DNA of 63,936 bases, the filler included, from Pelomyxa schiedti (Eukaryota > Protista > Evosea): NCBI GenBank assembly GCA_020536535.1. It is 10 parts of 10 records of this genome, joined end to end, with 100 filler letters (N's around TTAATTAATTAA, not from the genome) between each part and the next. Parts side by side here need not be neighbours in the genome. Positions count along the whole stretch, not along the records: positions 1 to 5,026 come from JAHLWZ010001529.1; positions 5,127 to 20,690 come from JAHLWZ010000472.1; 8 more parts are not named here. One strand, written 5' to 3'. The notes beneath the pieces are model-generated. The model ran no database searches, had not been told where the DNA came from, and was given only the letters and a program-made list of their open reading frames with translations. The translations under genes and the position numbers were made by a program. The number at the start of each line of letters is the position of its first letter. The stretch's first letter is position 1. Positions 1-11,784 of the stretch are shown here, piece after piece.

Positions 1-786
1 CTTTCCAAATTCGTGGATGTGTGTCGTTTCTCACCTCAAAAAACCAACAAACAAATATATGCACAGTTGGAGACAGAAACGGATGCTGATTGCTTTTACA
101 AATGGATTGACGGTGACAAGGTATGACATATAGACATGCTCCTTGTATCAAAGACCGGCACCTGTCCATGGTTGACCACTGGTTAACTCCGATACTCACT
201 GGAATCTACAACTTTGATGAATCGCGTGACCCAGGTTACCTTGAACTCATCCTTTCACACGCGAACGCGGTAATCTTTGTGATTGACTGCCTCGACATTG
301 TATGTGTTGTTATAACTGTTACTATTATTGCAAATTTCCCCGGCTAATAACACATACCTCACAGGAATCCAGCGTTCCGCTTTTGAGGGAGACACTCAGG
401 AAACTATCATCATCATGCCGCAACATTCCCATCGTTGTTGCCAACAACAGGTTAAAATAAATCTCACATTCCCGAAAACTCACCCTTTGTCACGCAGATA
501 TGATCTGACACCCGCCGCAGCAACAACACTCACCGGCACCACCACCAACAATACAAATAATGCAACACACATCATCACACAGCTCATTTCATCATCATCG
601 TCACCCTCGCCATCCAAAACAACCTCACCAACAACAAAAGCCTCATCAGCAGCTACAGCAAAACACCAAGAAGCAGCACCACCATGTCACTCATGTACGA
701 TTTCAATTGCGAGTATGTTGGCGAAAGCACACTGTATGCGTTGTTGTTATTCCCTCCCACTCACCCTCACATTTAACAACTGGTGA
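1..786 (+). CDS. Highly divergent Ras-superfamily small GTPase-like gene (5'-partial, intron-containing)
   Basis: Spliced reading gives LELILSHANAVIFVIDCLDI | ESSVPLLRETLRKLSSSCRNIPIVVANNR | YDL, resembling the beta4-alpha3-beta5/G4 (NKxDL) region of small GTPases, followed by a T/S-rich insert. G1 and G3 are not recognisable. Confidence 0.4.
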
Positions 787-1180
787 TTGACTCCTCACAG
801 GAATCCGGGTTTCCACTTTTGAGGGAGACACTCAGAACACTGTTCCTTACTGGAATCGGCGGCCCCAACTTGAGGAATCGCGTGGCCTTGACCTCATCCC
901 TTCACAAGCGAACGCGGCACTCTTTGTGATTGACTGTCTCGACATTGTATGTACTGACACACACACTTCAGGAACACAGCGTTGGCTTTTGAGGAGAAAT
1001 CGAGAAGTGACTTGCATGCAAGTGCCACGAGAATTCGCTTGGACAGGTGAATCATCGTCTGCCATTAATTTTCTTTTGTCAGAAAAGAAAGGAAGGAAAA
1101 AGGAGAGCATGGCAGCGTGATGGATCCTTCTTTCTCATCTGATGGAGCCTGCTCATGAATGCCTTGACATTGTATGCACT
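783..1180 (+). pseudogene. Scrambled, diverged partial copies of the upstream GTPase-like exons
   Basis: 793-835 copies ~358-399; 848-997 copies ~198-392 with deletions; 1156-1180 resembles ~280-305. Confidence 0.6.
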
Positions 1181-1317
1181 GTTTAACTGGCGACTTAATA
1201 AACTCCGTAATCCACGGCAATGGCAATGTTCGATTACCCCAGCATACACTCCTGGCAATTTCATTCTGAAAACAAAATACTTGTATTTGTTATGTTTGTT
1301 ACATGCTGCATTTATTA

Positions 1318-3647
1318 TTATGTTCCTTCAATGTGATCAGTGGTCGTTGGTACATGCTTTCCGGAACCAGTGTAGCATTGTTTGCCCTGATACTCCCGGT
1401 AGGTCCGGTGGCACCGGGCACACAAATTACGGGACACCCAGAAGAAGCACACTCGTTTCCACTGTGAACTTTTGTGAGAACGCGGAATAAAGGAATGTTT
1501 GTTTGTTTGTTGGCAAGAGGGATCTACCTTCGTGGGGGGTGTGTCTCTTGCTTCACACAGAACTAAAAGGGCCGCAGCAAGTGTTTGCCGGACCTGTGGT
1601 GACCACGTGGTGCTGGTGTTTACCAACGCGTTCTGTGGAAACGGAAATGGGTTGGGGGGGGGGTCTTATTTTTAAGTTGCGAAGGGAAGGGAGAAGAGTA
1701 CTTTCCACAGTGAATTGGTCCGGCCGACATGGTACCTGTGCCGGTGGGTGAGTGTTTTATGTATTGTGAGTGACGAACCAAAAGCGGGAAGTTTGTTGAA
1801 TCCTTCCAAGAGACCGGATATCGAGAAGCTCAAGAACACCGGTGATTTCGGATTGGTACCGCACCATCAAGGAAGTCAATGAGTGATCAATCCTATTTTT
1901 TTTTCCCCCAAGTGAGAAATTAAAACGAGGAACTGAGAAGAGAAGGACCAGTCACATACGGAATACATGTGTAAGTGCAGGAGAGGGGTGTTGTGTCCGC
2001 AATCGCCATGGAGCTTCGCAACTCACTGAAAGGCTGTGAAGGTGGAAGAAGTCGTTCGTATTCTGCCCTGGCTTGGACATGCTTATCCCAAGTTCCTTTT
2101 TGGGGGCAATTTAAATTGTTGGTGTTGAAAAAAGAACAACAATGAACAAACCTTCAAGGAATGACTCAACGGTGAAATTAGGGTCCCTGTTGCTCCAAAA
2201 CTCAGAGAAACCGGAAGGGAGAATTCCACCTCTCTTGACCATTTCCGCAACCACTTTCTTCCGGTTCAGTGCCACAGCCATCGTCAGTGGAGTTCTCATT
2301 TCCGGGGGGAAATGGCACCACTTGGGGCACACAGTGCATGGAGTGTTCGGATCAGCACCAAGAGACAGGAGTTCACTTGCGAATTCATCATGGTGACTTT
2401 CATTCAATATTGCAGCAACAAGGGCTGTTTGTTGGCCTTTATCATTGCAGGAAGAACACAGATTGTTGATGCATTGTGGGAACTTTGAATGCCTCATCAG
2501 GAAGCTGGCGAACTCTGGAGTGTATGAGAGGGAGTGCACGAATGCCTCGGCCATTCCACTGTCAAACACCTCACAGAGGAAGGCCAAGATCTCCACTGAA
2601 CGACATCCAGATGTGGCACAGAACGAAATCGGTTTCCTGGACTCCATTGCTTGTGTCACCTGCATTCCCCACTTGGAGTCCGCAAGAAACTTCACCCAGG
2701 CAAAACGTGAGGCTTGAATGGCCATCTCAAGAGGTGTCAGTTGCCGGGAACTGGAACTCCCGCCAAGGTTACGCGCCGCATGCACACTGTTGAACAGCAG
2801 CACCCTCCTCTCCACGCTGCACGACGATGAAAGTATCAACCTGGCCGAGTCAAAGTCATCTACCCACTGACATATGTGCAAGACTGAGGCATGGCCGCCC
2901 CAGGATGGCCCCCATTCCGTGCACGAACGACTGCAGGTCGGGTCAGCATGCCACCGGTTGATGAGGCATTCCGCGATATCAGGCCTGTTCACGTGCACGG
3001 CGATCATCAGCGGGGTCAGGCTCCAGTCGGCGTCGTCGACCAGCGAGGCCACAATCTCGGCTCCGTTGGGCCGCCTCTCGCTCCACGCCTCCAGGATGGC
3101 GTTCATCTCGTCGAGCCGGCCGAGCTTCGCGCATATCTTGATCACGCTGAACGTGGTGTCCTGCGTCGGGTCGTACATGCACCACGCCACGGCGCGCTCG
3201 TCGCCGGGGGGCGTCTTGGCCGCAAGCTTCCTGACCTTGGTGACTGTTGAGTTTGTTGTTAAAGTTAAAATAATTACTTGTTATATAGAATGCGATGCGG
3301 TGGAGTCTTGGCGGCAAGGTTTTCTTCCCGACCTTGTGTTCGATTGTTTGTTGTTAAGGATAAATAATTTAGTTAAGGTTTTGCAAAACCTAAACCATAA
3401 TATAATAAATCGTATTAGTTTATTGCTCATCCTTCCTGACCTTGTCGAGTTTGCCGCCGTCGATGACGGAGCCGGCGAGCTGGGTGATGAGGCGCCGTAG
3501 CGCGTTGGTGTGTTGATTTGCGGCGGCGGTGTTGTGTGCTTGTATTCGCCTGGCGTCGAGGCGATGGCGCAGGGCGAACTGCCGGCGCTTTCTTTCTCGC
3601 GCTCGGTCCTCGTCCTCGCATTCGTGGGAAGAAACTACCTGCCCCAT
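1318..3647 (-). CDS. Ankyrin-repeat protein with C-terminal F-box and Cys-rich tail (copy 1, multi-exon)
   Basis: Starts MGQVVSS (Gly2). Ankyrin motifs LTPLMIAVHVNRPDIAECLI, LTPLEMAI, TALVAAI...LLSLGADPN, TPLTMAVALNRKKVV. Downstream exons read SLMVRYQSEITGVLELLDIRSLGRIQQTSRFW|YHVGRTNSLWK (F-box-like) and WKRVCFFWVSRNLCARCHRTY. Confidence 0.75.
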
Positions 3648-3881
3648 GCCTGTGTCTGGTAGGCCCACTCCCAACCAACAGGCCCACTTTGTCTAAAACT
3701 CCGGATGCCCTCTACGACGTCGTCAACCAACTTTCTCAGACTTAGGCGAAATCAGTCAGGATAAGAGACTTGGGAGATAAGAACCCCCCCGTCCGTCAAC
3801 ACACTTGTTTGTACTTACAACCACAGAGCAATAAGTCACGTATTTAGATTCAACAGGGTGGGGCAGAAGGATGGTCACTGA

Positions 3882-5026
3882 TCAGTGACTGTCTTTGAAG
3901 GGGGGAACTGGTGGTACATGATTTCCAGTTGCGGATATGAGGCATTGTTGGCCCTGATACTCCCGGTAAGGATACTGACACAGCGCGCACAACTTCTGGG
4001 ACACCCAGAAGAAGCACACTCGTTTCCACTGCGAAATCGTGAGAATGCGGAGTGAATGAATGAATGTTTGTTTGTTGGGTTGGGGATTTACCTTCGTGGG
4101 GGGTGTGTCTCTTGCTTCACACAGAACTAAAAGGGCCGCAGCGAGTGTTTGCCGGACCTGTGGTGACCACGTGGTGCTGGTGTTTACCAACGCGTTCTGT
4201 GGAAACGGAAATGGGTTGGGGGGGGAGGTGTTTATTTTAAGTTGTGAAGGGAAGGGACAGGGGAGAAGAAGAGTACTTTCCACAGTGAATTGGTCCGGCC
4301 GACATGGTACCTGTGTTGTGTGTGCCGGTACGAGTGAGGTTTTTATGTTTTGTGAGAGATTGAGTGCAACACTTAGGGACGAACCAAAAGCGGGAAGTTT
4401 GTTGAATCCTTCCAAGAGACCGGATATCGAGAAGCTCAAGAACACCGGTGATTTCGGATTGGTACCGCACCATCAAGGAAGTCAATGAAGAGTCAATCCT
4501 TTTCCCCAAGTAAGAATAAGGCAAAACGAGGAACTGAGAAATAGTACACCATTCACATACGGAATACAAGTGTGGGGGAGGGGTGTTGTGTCCGCAATCG
4601 CCATGGAGCTTCGCAACTCACTGACACGCTGCAAAGGCGGAAGAATTCGTTCATATGCTGTCCTGGCTCGGACATGCTTATCCCAAGTTCCTTTAAATTG
4701 TTGGTGATGAATAAAGAACAACAATGAACAAACCTTCAAGGAATGACTCAACGGTGAAATTAGGGTCACTTTTGCTCCAAAACTCAGAGAAGCCGGGAGG
4801 GAGAATTCCACCTCTCTTGACCATTTCCGCAACCACTTTCTTCCGGTTCAGTGCCACAGCCATCGTCAGTGGAGTTCTCATTTCTGGTGGAAAATTGCAC
4901 CACTTGGGGCACACAGTGCACGGAGTGTTCGGATCAGCACCAAGAGACAGGAGTTCACTTGCGAATTCATCATGGTGTTTTTCGTTCAATATTGCAGCAA
5001 CCAGGGCTGTTTGTTGACCTGTATCA
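3882..5026 (-). CDS. Ankyrin/F-box protein, tandem copy 2 (5' end cut by scaffold end)
   Basis: Near-identical to the 3' part of 1318-3647: same last ankyrin repeats, F-box exons and Cys-rich last exon. Confidence 0.75.
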
Positions 5027-5126
5027 NNNNNNNNNNNNNNNNNNNNNNNNNNNNNNNNNNNNNNNNNNNNTTAATTAATTAANNNNNNNNNNNNNNNNNN
5101 NNNNNNNNNNNNNNNNNNNNNNNNNN
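5027..5126. other. Artificial scaffold-joining spacer N44-TTAATTAATTAA-N44; also at 20691-20790, 32803-32902, 34992-35091, 39460-39559, 41685-41784, 52764-52863, 58512-58611, 61589-61688
   Basis: Identical 12-mer giving stops in all six frames, centred in 100-bp N blocks. Confidence 0.97.
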
Positions 5127-8100
5127 CGGGGCCATTGCGCGGCTCGGGTGGTGCCACCAGCACGGCGTGGGCGTGGAGTGTGACCTGCATAGGGCTGTGT
5201 CGCTCTACAACAGCAACACCGCAGCTGACAAATACAAGCTCAACTCGTGGCGCCTCGGCGTGTGCTACCTGCGTGGCGAGGGAGTGGAGAGGGACTGGGC
5301 AAAGGCCGTGGAGCTCATCCGTCAGTCTGGTGGTGATGGTAACGCGTACCTTGGGTGGTGCTACTTATGGGGGTGTGGTGTGGAAAGGGACGTGGTGAAG
5401 GCTGTACAACTACTCAAAGGTGCTGCTGCGGGGTTGTGGCCTAGTGCCAGAGCTATGGTGTTCCTTGGGTATTGTCACTTGACGGGGGTTGGCGTTGGGC
5501 TGAACTTCAACAAGGCTCACGAGTTGTTCAGCAAGGCAAAGGGCAGACCATGGGATGCGGAGGCATTTGGGGAACTTGGAGAGTACTGTCACCGGGGAGA
5601 CTGTGGGGCACCAACAGACAAGAGAGCAGCGGTTGGATACTATCAGATGGGTGCGGAGGGGGGTGATCCCGTTTCAATGTTTCACCTTGGTGTGTGTCTC
5701 AGGGATGGTGATGGTGTCGATTGTGACGCAGAGCAGTCACACCACTGGCTGGTGAAGGCTGCCAAATTTGGACACAGCGGCGCAGCAAAGAACCTCTTGA
5801 TCTCTTCCTCTTTGCTGAGCAACAACCCTGTGGAACAACCTGAGACCATTGAAACATTGAAAAAGCAAGTTGAATCCTTGAAAGAACAGCTCCTTGAAGA
5901 AAAGGCACATTCTGAAGAGGTATGTCTGTTGGTCCAAGCTTTTTTGAACCCCACCTATCGCACAGCAAGTTGACTCTCTGGAGAAAAAACTGTCAGACGT
6001 ATGACATCAACCCCACCTCTTCGTTGTTCTTTAAAAAACTCCCACAACAGGAACAAGCTGCTGCAGGAAATCTGAGGAAACAGCTCACAGACCAAGCAGA
6101 AAGACTCAAGGTTTAATCCTGCCTTCTCTTCACACACTCAAGTAAACAGATGGAGAACGAACAATTTGAGACTCGTGTATGTTGTGTCTCAGTTTTTTTT
6201 TTGGTACTGAGAGCATTCCTTTCTTCACAGTTGCAGAAGGAGAAGGAACAACTTGAGAGTCGCATCACAGAAACAGAGGCAACTCTCTGTAAAGAAAGGG
6301 CACATTATAAAGAGGTGGGTGTTTGTTGGTTAACCAATTTAATTAAATTTGATACACACAGCAATTTGACTATCTGAAGAAACAAGTGACAGAGGTATAA
6401 AAAAGGAAGATGCATAAGCCTTTAAGTGTCATACAGGAACAAACCGCAGCAGAAAATCTGAGGAAAAACCTCACAGAAGAAGTGGAAAGATACAAGGTCT
6501 CCCCTTCCTTCATTCCTCCCACATGCCCAATCATAATCAATCAGACAATTGTCAACACAATGACGTCACTGATTTCGGCAACAGTTGGTGACTTTGGGGT
6601 TGTGAAACTGCTTGGCACAGGTTCAAATGCCGCTGTGTTCAAAGTGCAATACCAAACCACAACAATCAGCAGCAGAACAAATACAGCAGACCCAGGTGCT
6701 TCTACAAAAACCATTGACATGGTTATGAAGATCATTTTCAACTGGGAGAACACACCACAACAAACTCTGTTGCGTAGGAAATACATGGCTGAGTGTGTTG
6801 TCCTCTCATTGGTTCCACATCACCCAAACGTGGTCCACCCTCTTGGTGCTTTGGTCCTCCCTTGGTACTTCACGAGCCTTCTAAAGAAATAACTCACACA
6901 TTTTAACAGCCTTCCTGCACCATTTGCAGAGAAAATACCAAGAGAGCAACATGTTTACCGAGAGCTGTGCAACAACAAGTCGTTGGCCATCATCATGCCC
7001 CATTGTGGGATCACACTTTCATCGTTCCTCACATCCTCCAACAACGAGAACACACTTGAAGTTGCTCAGAATCTGTTTCTTCAAGGACTCAAGGCCATCC
7101 TCCACATTGAGTCGCATTGCATTGTTCACAGGTTGTTAAACAAGCAATTCTCGTCTCAAAAACCAAAAAAGGGACATCAAGGGAGACAATATTCTTGTTG
7201 ATCCAGAGACTGGTAAACTGACACTGATTGACTTTGGTGAGGCACAGCACTGCCCAAACATGGAGATGATGGTATACACCAACACAGAAACGTGGGCCAA
7301 CACAGGCACGATCCCGCCAGAGCTGAGCATGTTTCTCAAGAGGGTAACAAGGGGCACAAGTGGTGTGTTCTCATACTCCAAGTGTGACTCTTTCGCTCTT
7401 GCCCTCACTTTCTGGAATGCTCTTCTGCCACAATCCAACAAATTCATTGGGAGCTCAATGAATGGTGACATGAGCACATTCAGCACCCACAAACTCCTCA
7501 GTGACTTTCCTGTTCCTTGGTTCTCATCNNNNNNNNNNNNNNNNNNNNNNNNNNNNNNNNNNNNNNNNNNNNNNNNNNNNNNNNNNNNNNNNNNNNNNNN
7601 NNNNNNNNNNNNNNNNNNNNNNNNNNNNCTTTCTGGAATGCTCTTCTGCCACAATCCAACAAATTCATTGGGAGCTCAATGAATGGTGACATGAGCACAT
7701 TCAGCACCCACAAACTCCTCAGTGACTTTCCTGTTCCTTGGTTCTCATCAGTGAAGCCCACACAAGTACAACCACAAGTACAACCACAAGTACAACCACA
7801 AGTACAACCACAAGTACAACCACAAGTACAACCACAAGTACAACCACAAGTACAACCACAAGTACAAGCAGTGGCAGCAGTTGTGCCACAGCACAGGTCA
7901 TTCCTTGCACGTGCCTTCACTTTCTCACTGTTTTCGTCATCAACCCCCCAACAAACAACCCCACCAACACCACCAATTTTGCCAACGCAAACAACAACAG
8001 TTTCAGCAGCAACATCTAGAGCGGACAATCCGACCAACAACAGTGTTGTCAATAATACCGCTCTGTTAGAGTCGGTGATGATTGGGATGATGAACCCTGA

Positions 8101-8173
8101 CAAGGCTGCCAGGCACTCAACCACAGAAGCCATTTCAGCCCTCACTCGACAGTCAATCACCAACAAACTCTGA
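5127..8173 (+). CDS. Sel1-repeat + coiled-coil + protein kinase (PINK1-like motifs), 5'-partial, multi-exon
   Basis: Sel1 repeats (LGVCYLRGEGVERDWAKAVEL, LGWCYLWGCGVERDVVKAV, LGVCLRDGDGVDCDAEQSHHWLVKAAKFGH), then short coiled-coil exons. Kinase motifs LGTGSNAAVF, VMK, HPNVV, HR|DIKGDNILV, DFG, IPPE, YSKCDSFAL. Confidence 0.85.
7529..7628. other. 100-N scaffold gap with duplicated 121-bp flank (assembly artefact); similar gaps at 42598-42697, 46238-46337, 48790-48889, 63182-63281; gap 19926-20025 lacks an exact overlap
   Basis: 7408-7528 is repeated exactly after the gap; 46117-46237 is likewise a 121-bp duplicate, consistent with k=121 overlaps. Confidence 0.9.
7763..7867 (+). repeat. Coding 12-bp tandem repeat (CAAGTACAACCA)x8.75 encoding QVQP repeats
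   Basis: Perfect tandem repeat within the kinase C-lobe insertion. Confidence 0.95.
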
Positions 8174-9397
8174 GAGCATCCCACCAGCTAATAAGTGTCT
8201 CCTTGTTCTTCCTTTTCGTTTTTTGTTTGGGTTTTTTTGCGGACAACCACGTTAACGTTTTCGGCCACCCATTAGACCTCAGAAAAAAATTGACGAGAAG
8301 AGCGCCGCAGGCTGCGAGAGCGCCGCCGAGAGCAGGGATCTCGCAACAGGTCTCGGCAGCGCGGGATGCTGCTGACAGCGCCGCGTCGGCGGGAGACCCT
8401 TTCGGCAGCGCGGCGATGTCGCGCCGAGACCTGGGAGGCCTCCCCACGAGATACTCTGTCGGCGGCGCGGCGATGTTGTTCAGCACCTGTACCAAGGAGT
8501 CACCTGCGTTGGTTGGATCCAAAGTCATCCCATCCTTTGTAGTCACCTGTACCAACACTCGATGTTGGCGGCCTTTATGGCTGCGCCAAACAACTTATGC
8601 GAGTTGGTTTTCTTGTTTTCTTTCTTTTATTAGGTCAGGGTTAATCTTCATTATGGTTGGATGTTTTAGGCTGTATCCTTGCGTGGTACGGAATTCTGTC
8701 AACAACAGCCTTCTGCAGAAACCTCTTCACATCACCTGTAGGTATTAGTAAATGGTTAGCGGAGCGGGGGTTAGCGGTGCTTCGTGGTTCCCGATCACAA
8801 ACGAAAAAAAAGGCGAAGTCGGGTGCGTCGGCCAGGCACCGTAGGGTTCCAGGTGATGACAGTGAGGCTGGACTGGTGGTATTATTTTAAATAACTCTTT
8901 TGTTTAAGTGAGTTTATGAACGCATGGTACTTGTTTTTGTTAAGTAATAAATAATTTGTTTTATGCACCCTTTTTTGTTTTTTAAAGGAGGGACCAATAC
9001 TCACCTCCAATTTTTTGCCATTCAACCTGTACGAGAGCCTGCAGCGCTACACGATAGCCCTTTTGCTGTATTTCTGGTAAATTCCCTCCGAAAATGCAGA
9101 CCATGACAGCCAGGTCCGGCACCTAAATTATCTACTATGAGAGAAAGCAAAGAAGAGGATCCAGTTACGCTACACGACGCTCGTAATAGCGACTTAGCTT
9201 TTCCTTCACAAGACCAACTAACTCAAACGCAACAATACTTTATTCAACACTCAATTTCTCAACCAATTTAACGACCATTGTGATCTCGTTGAAACGGAGA
9301 TCTTATAAATGCTACGCAGGGAGCTAAGCTTGCTTTGGTGAATCTCTTGCCATTCTAATCCTGCGGTTCTATGATTCTTTGAATTTTGATTTAAAAA

Positions 9398-11705
9398 ATG
9401 GGGAACGCCGAAGGGGATGCCCGCCTTTCCGAAGGGTTAAACAAATGTATACTCCGCATATTGTTCAATTGGAAGGTGAGTGGGTGCTGGGTGTGTAGGT
9501 GTCCATTTTCAGACACGAAACAAGCCTCCACAGATCTACAAATGGTTGGTGACTCTTTTTTTTTTGAAGCAGTTGACTTCAATTAAATAATGCAAGGAAT
9601 GTGGGCACAAAGTGTGTGAAGGCTGCGCGGTGTCACTTTGCACTCAGTCATTCTTATCTCAACACTGCAAAGGGAAACAATCGCTGACCCCAGAGGGAAA
9701 CCAAGAACCACCAATTGACATCGAGTGTGGGTTCTGTCACCATGTGACCACTGATGCTATTGCAGTGATGGATGTTGTTGATGCCATATGCAGGGATGTA
9801 TCAACAGTGGGCTCTGCTTCCAACACCACAGCAGGGAGGTGCATAGTACACCCTGGACAAGAACTGAATCTCTACTGTAAAGATGATAAAGTATTGGTGT
9901 GCCCACAGTGCGAGAAGGAACTCCATCAGTTCCATAAGTTGATTGGAATTGAACAACAGGCCGAAATTGCTGTAAAAAAAGTCCCGGCTCTGCGTCGGAG
10001 CATCCAAAAAGAGAAAGATCTTATGAAACAGGCAGCCCTACGCATTGAGGAAATCATTGAAGCAATTACAAGTGTATGCACACTTTTTTTTTTGAATTTC
10101 ACAACCAACAACCATCAGAATCAAAAGACAGCTGAAGCAGAAATTGAGAATACATTTGACAAACTTATGAAGCAACTGTTAAGGAAGAAGGCAACTCTGC
10201 TTGCCACAACAGCCAAAACTTTTCAAAAAAAGAAACAGTCACTCCAGAGGCAGCTTAAAATCACCCGATTTGCTGTTTCACAACTCACGGACCTTGAGTT
10301 CAAACTGACAGACACAACTGACAAGACTGTCAGTGCTGACTTATCCCTTGTTGCTTTGACTAGCCAGCCAATTCTTTGCAATTGGAAAAAATCAGTGAAA
10401 ACGGTTTGTTCCCACACCCCGCAGGCTTAAAACTTTACCCAGCGAATTTATGACGAGTTCTTGTTCCCCTGGGGTACTCTTATTGACTCTCAACTTCACC
10501 TTGATCAAGGTTGTGTGGCCCCCGTGCTCAATCTCATTGATAACTTGGGTATTTCTAAATGTAAGGCCACACGAACTTTGTCAACTTGACTAACACTGCC
10601 ATAAGCGGGGGAAGATGAGATTGGTCTCAGTGCCATCAGATACCTTTCGCAAGGCAACTTGGAACAAGCCTTCAAAATTTGCATGGCCATGGTTTCCCCA
10701 TCAAATGGGAGACCGTTTGCAATTCGTTCTCACAAACCAGCCCCAAAGCTTGAAGAAAGCACTACCACTGAAAATAAGTTGGAGAAACTTGGTTCCACTC
10801 TTCTGAAAATCATTTTTACTGTGAAACCAAAGTTATTCAGCAACATGGAGCCATTTGATGTGTATCCTACTGTCTATTTTGAGGAGAAGCTGAAGGAATG
10901 CTCACTGGAGAGCTCACACTTTATGACCCACATTACTGAACACATTCTATCACGGGATGGCACCTACTGTGGAAGAATCCTGGCAACTGATGATGATTTG
11001 TTTGTGGCACTTGCCCACTACCTACGTTTTGATTCACCAGAGCAACAAAAAGAACTGTCCCAGGCTGAGACCCTATGTTTATTGTATGATACTACATGTA
11101 CTTGTGGGAACCAGGAGCAGCCACAACACAACGGAAGTGGAAGTTCACTGATACATGTGCTTTGTGGGATTTCAGGAAGCAAAGGGGATAAGTGTGTACT
11201 TGAGTGGCTCGAACCAGCAGCACAGTATGGCATTCCAGCAATACAATCAATTCTTGGGATTCTTCTCCTCGTTGGTGAGGAGGAGCAAAGCAAGAGAGAA
11301 CCTGTGGCAGGAATGGAATGGATTAAGAAGGGTGCTGAGGCTGGTGATGCTTTTGGACAGAGTGTAATGTTTATCTTGCATTGTGCTGAATATTTCCCCA
11401 ATGTGATGAGCGTGGTGGAAAACTTGGAGGCAGCTGGCTTCAAGAGAGACCCAGCAACAGGACGTAGGTGGTTGCAGTTGAGCGCAAATCAAGGTTTTCC
11501 ACTGGCACAAGTAATCCTAGGCCAAGTGCTTGAAATTGAAAATGGCAACAAAATAGAGGCACCAAAGGAGAGTAAAAGGTTGTTCCATTTAGCTGACCAA
11601 CAGGTTGCAACATTAACACAGCTCCGTGAAGGGAAGCTGTCAGCCTGGATGATTTATTGGTTTGATGTGTCAGGACTCGATATCACAAGAAATTTCCGGA
11701 ACTAG
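9398..11705 (+). CDS. TRIM/RBCC-like protein: RING + B-box + coiled coil + C-terminal Sel1-like repeats (multi-exon)
   Basis: Spliced RING CWVC...|ECGHKVCEGC...IECGFC; B-box CIVHPGQELNLYCKDDKVLVCPQCEKELHQFH; coiled coil; Sel1-like EWLEPAAQYGIPAIQSILG, EWIKKGAEAGDAFGQ, RWLQLSANQGFPLAQVILG. Confidence 0.75.
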
Positions 11706-11784
11706 TAAGCTATAGGCACCTACACCTTTATCTGGAGTAGACAGTGTGATTTCAAACAATATCTGAACAAAAAAAAAATCTCTG

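Noticed and set aside
5071-5082. Recurrent TTAATTAATTAA palindrome as a biological motif
   Set aside because: Always centred in N44 blocks; it is an artificial six-frame-stop linker. Gene neighbourhoods across these spacers are meaningless.
7408-7749. Exact ~121-bp duplications flanking 100-N gaps (also near 42598, 46238, 48790, 63182) as internal gene repeats
   Set aside because: Constant length and perfect identity indicate k-mer overlap left by the scaffolder.
7763-7867. 12-bp repeat as a CRISPR array, or the antisense (CGCT)n Cys-rich ORF as a metallothionein
   Set aside because: No spacers; it is a simple coding minisatellite. The Cys-rich reading is the shadow frame of QVQP.
8157-8890. 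GC-rich ORFs between the kinase and TRIM-like genes
   Set aside because: No recognisable domain or consistent exon structure; likely promoter or intergenic sequence.
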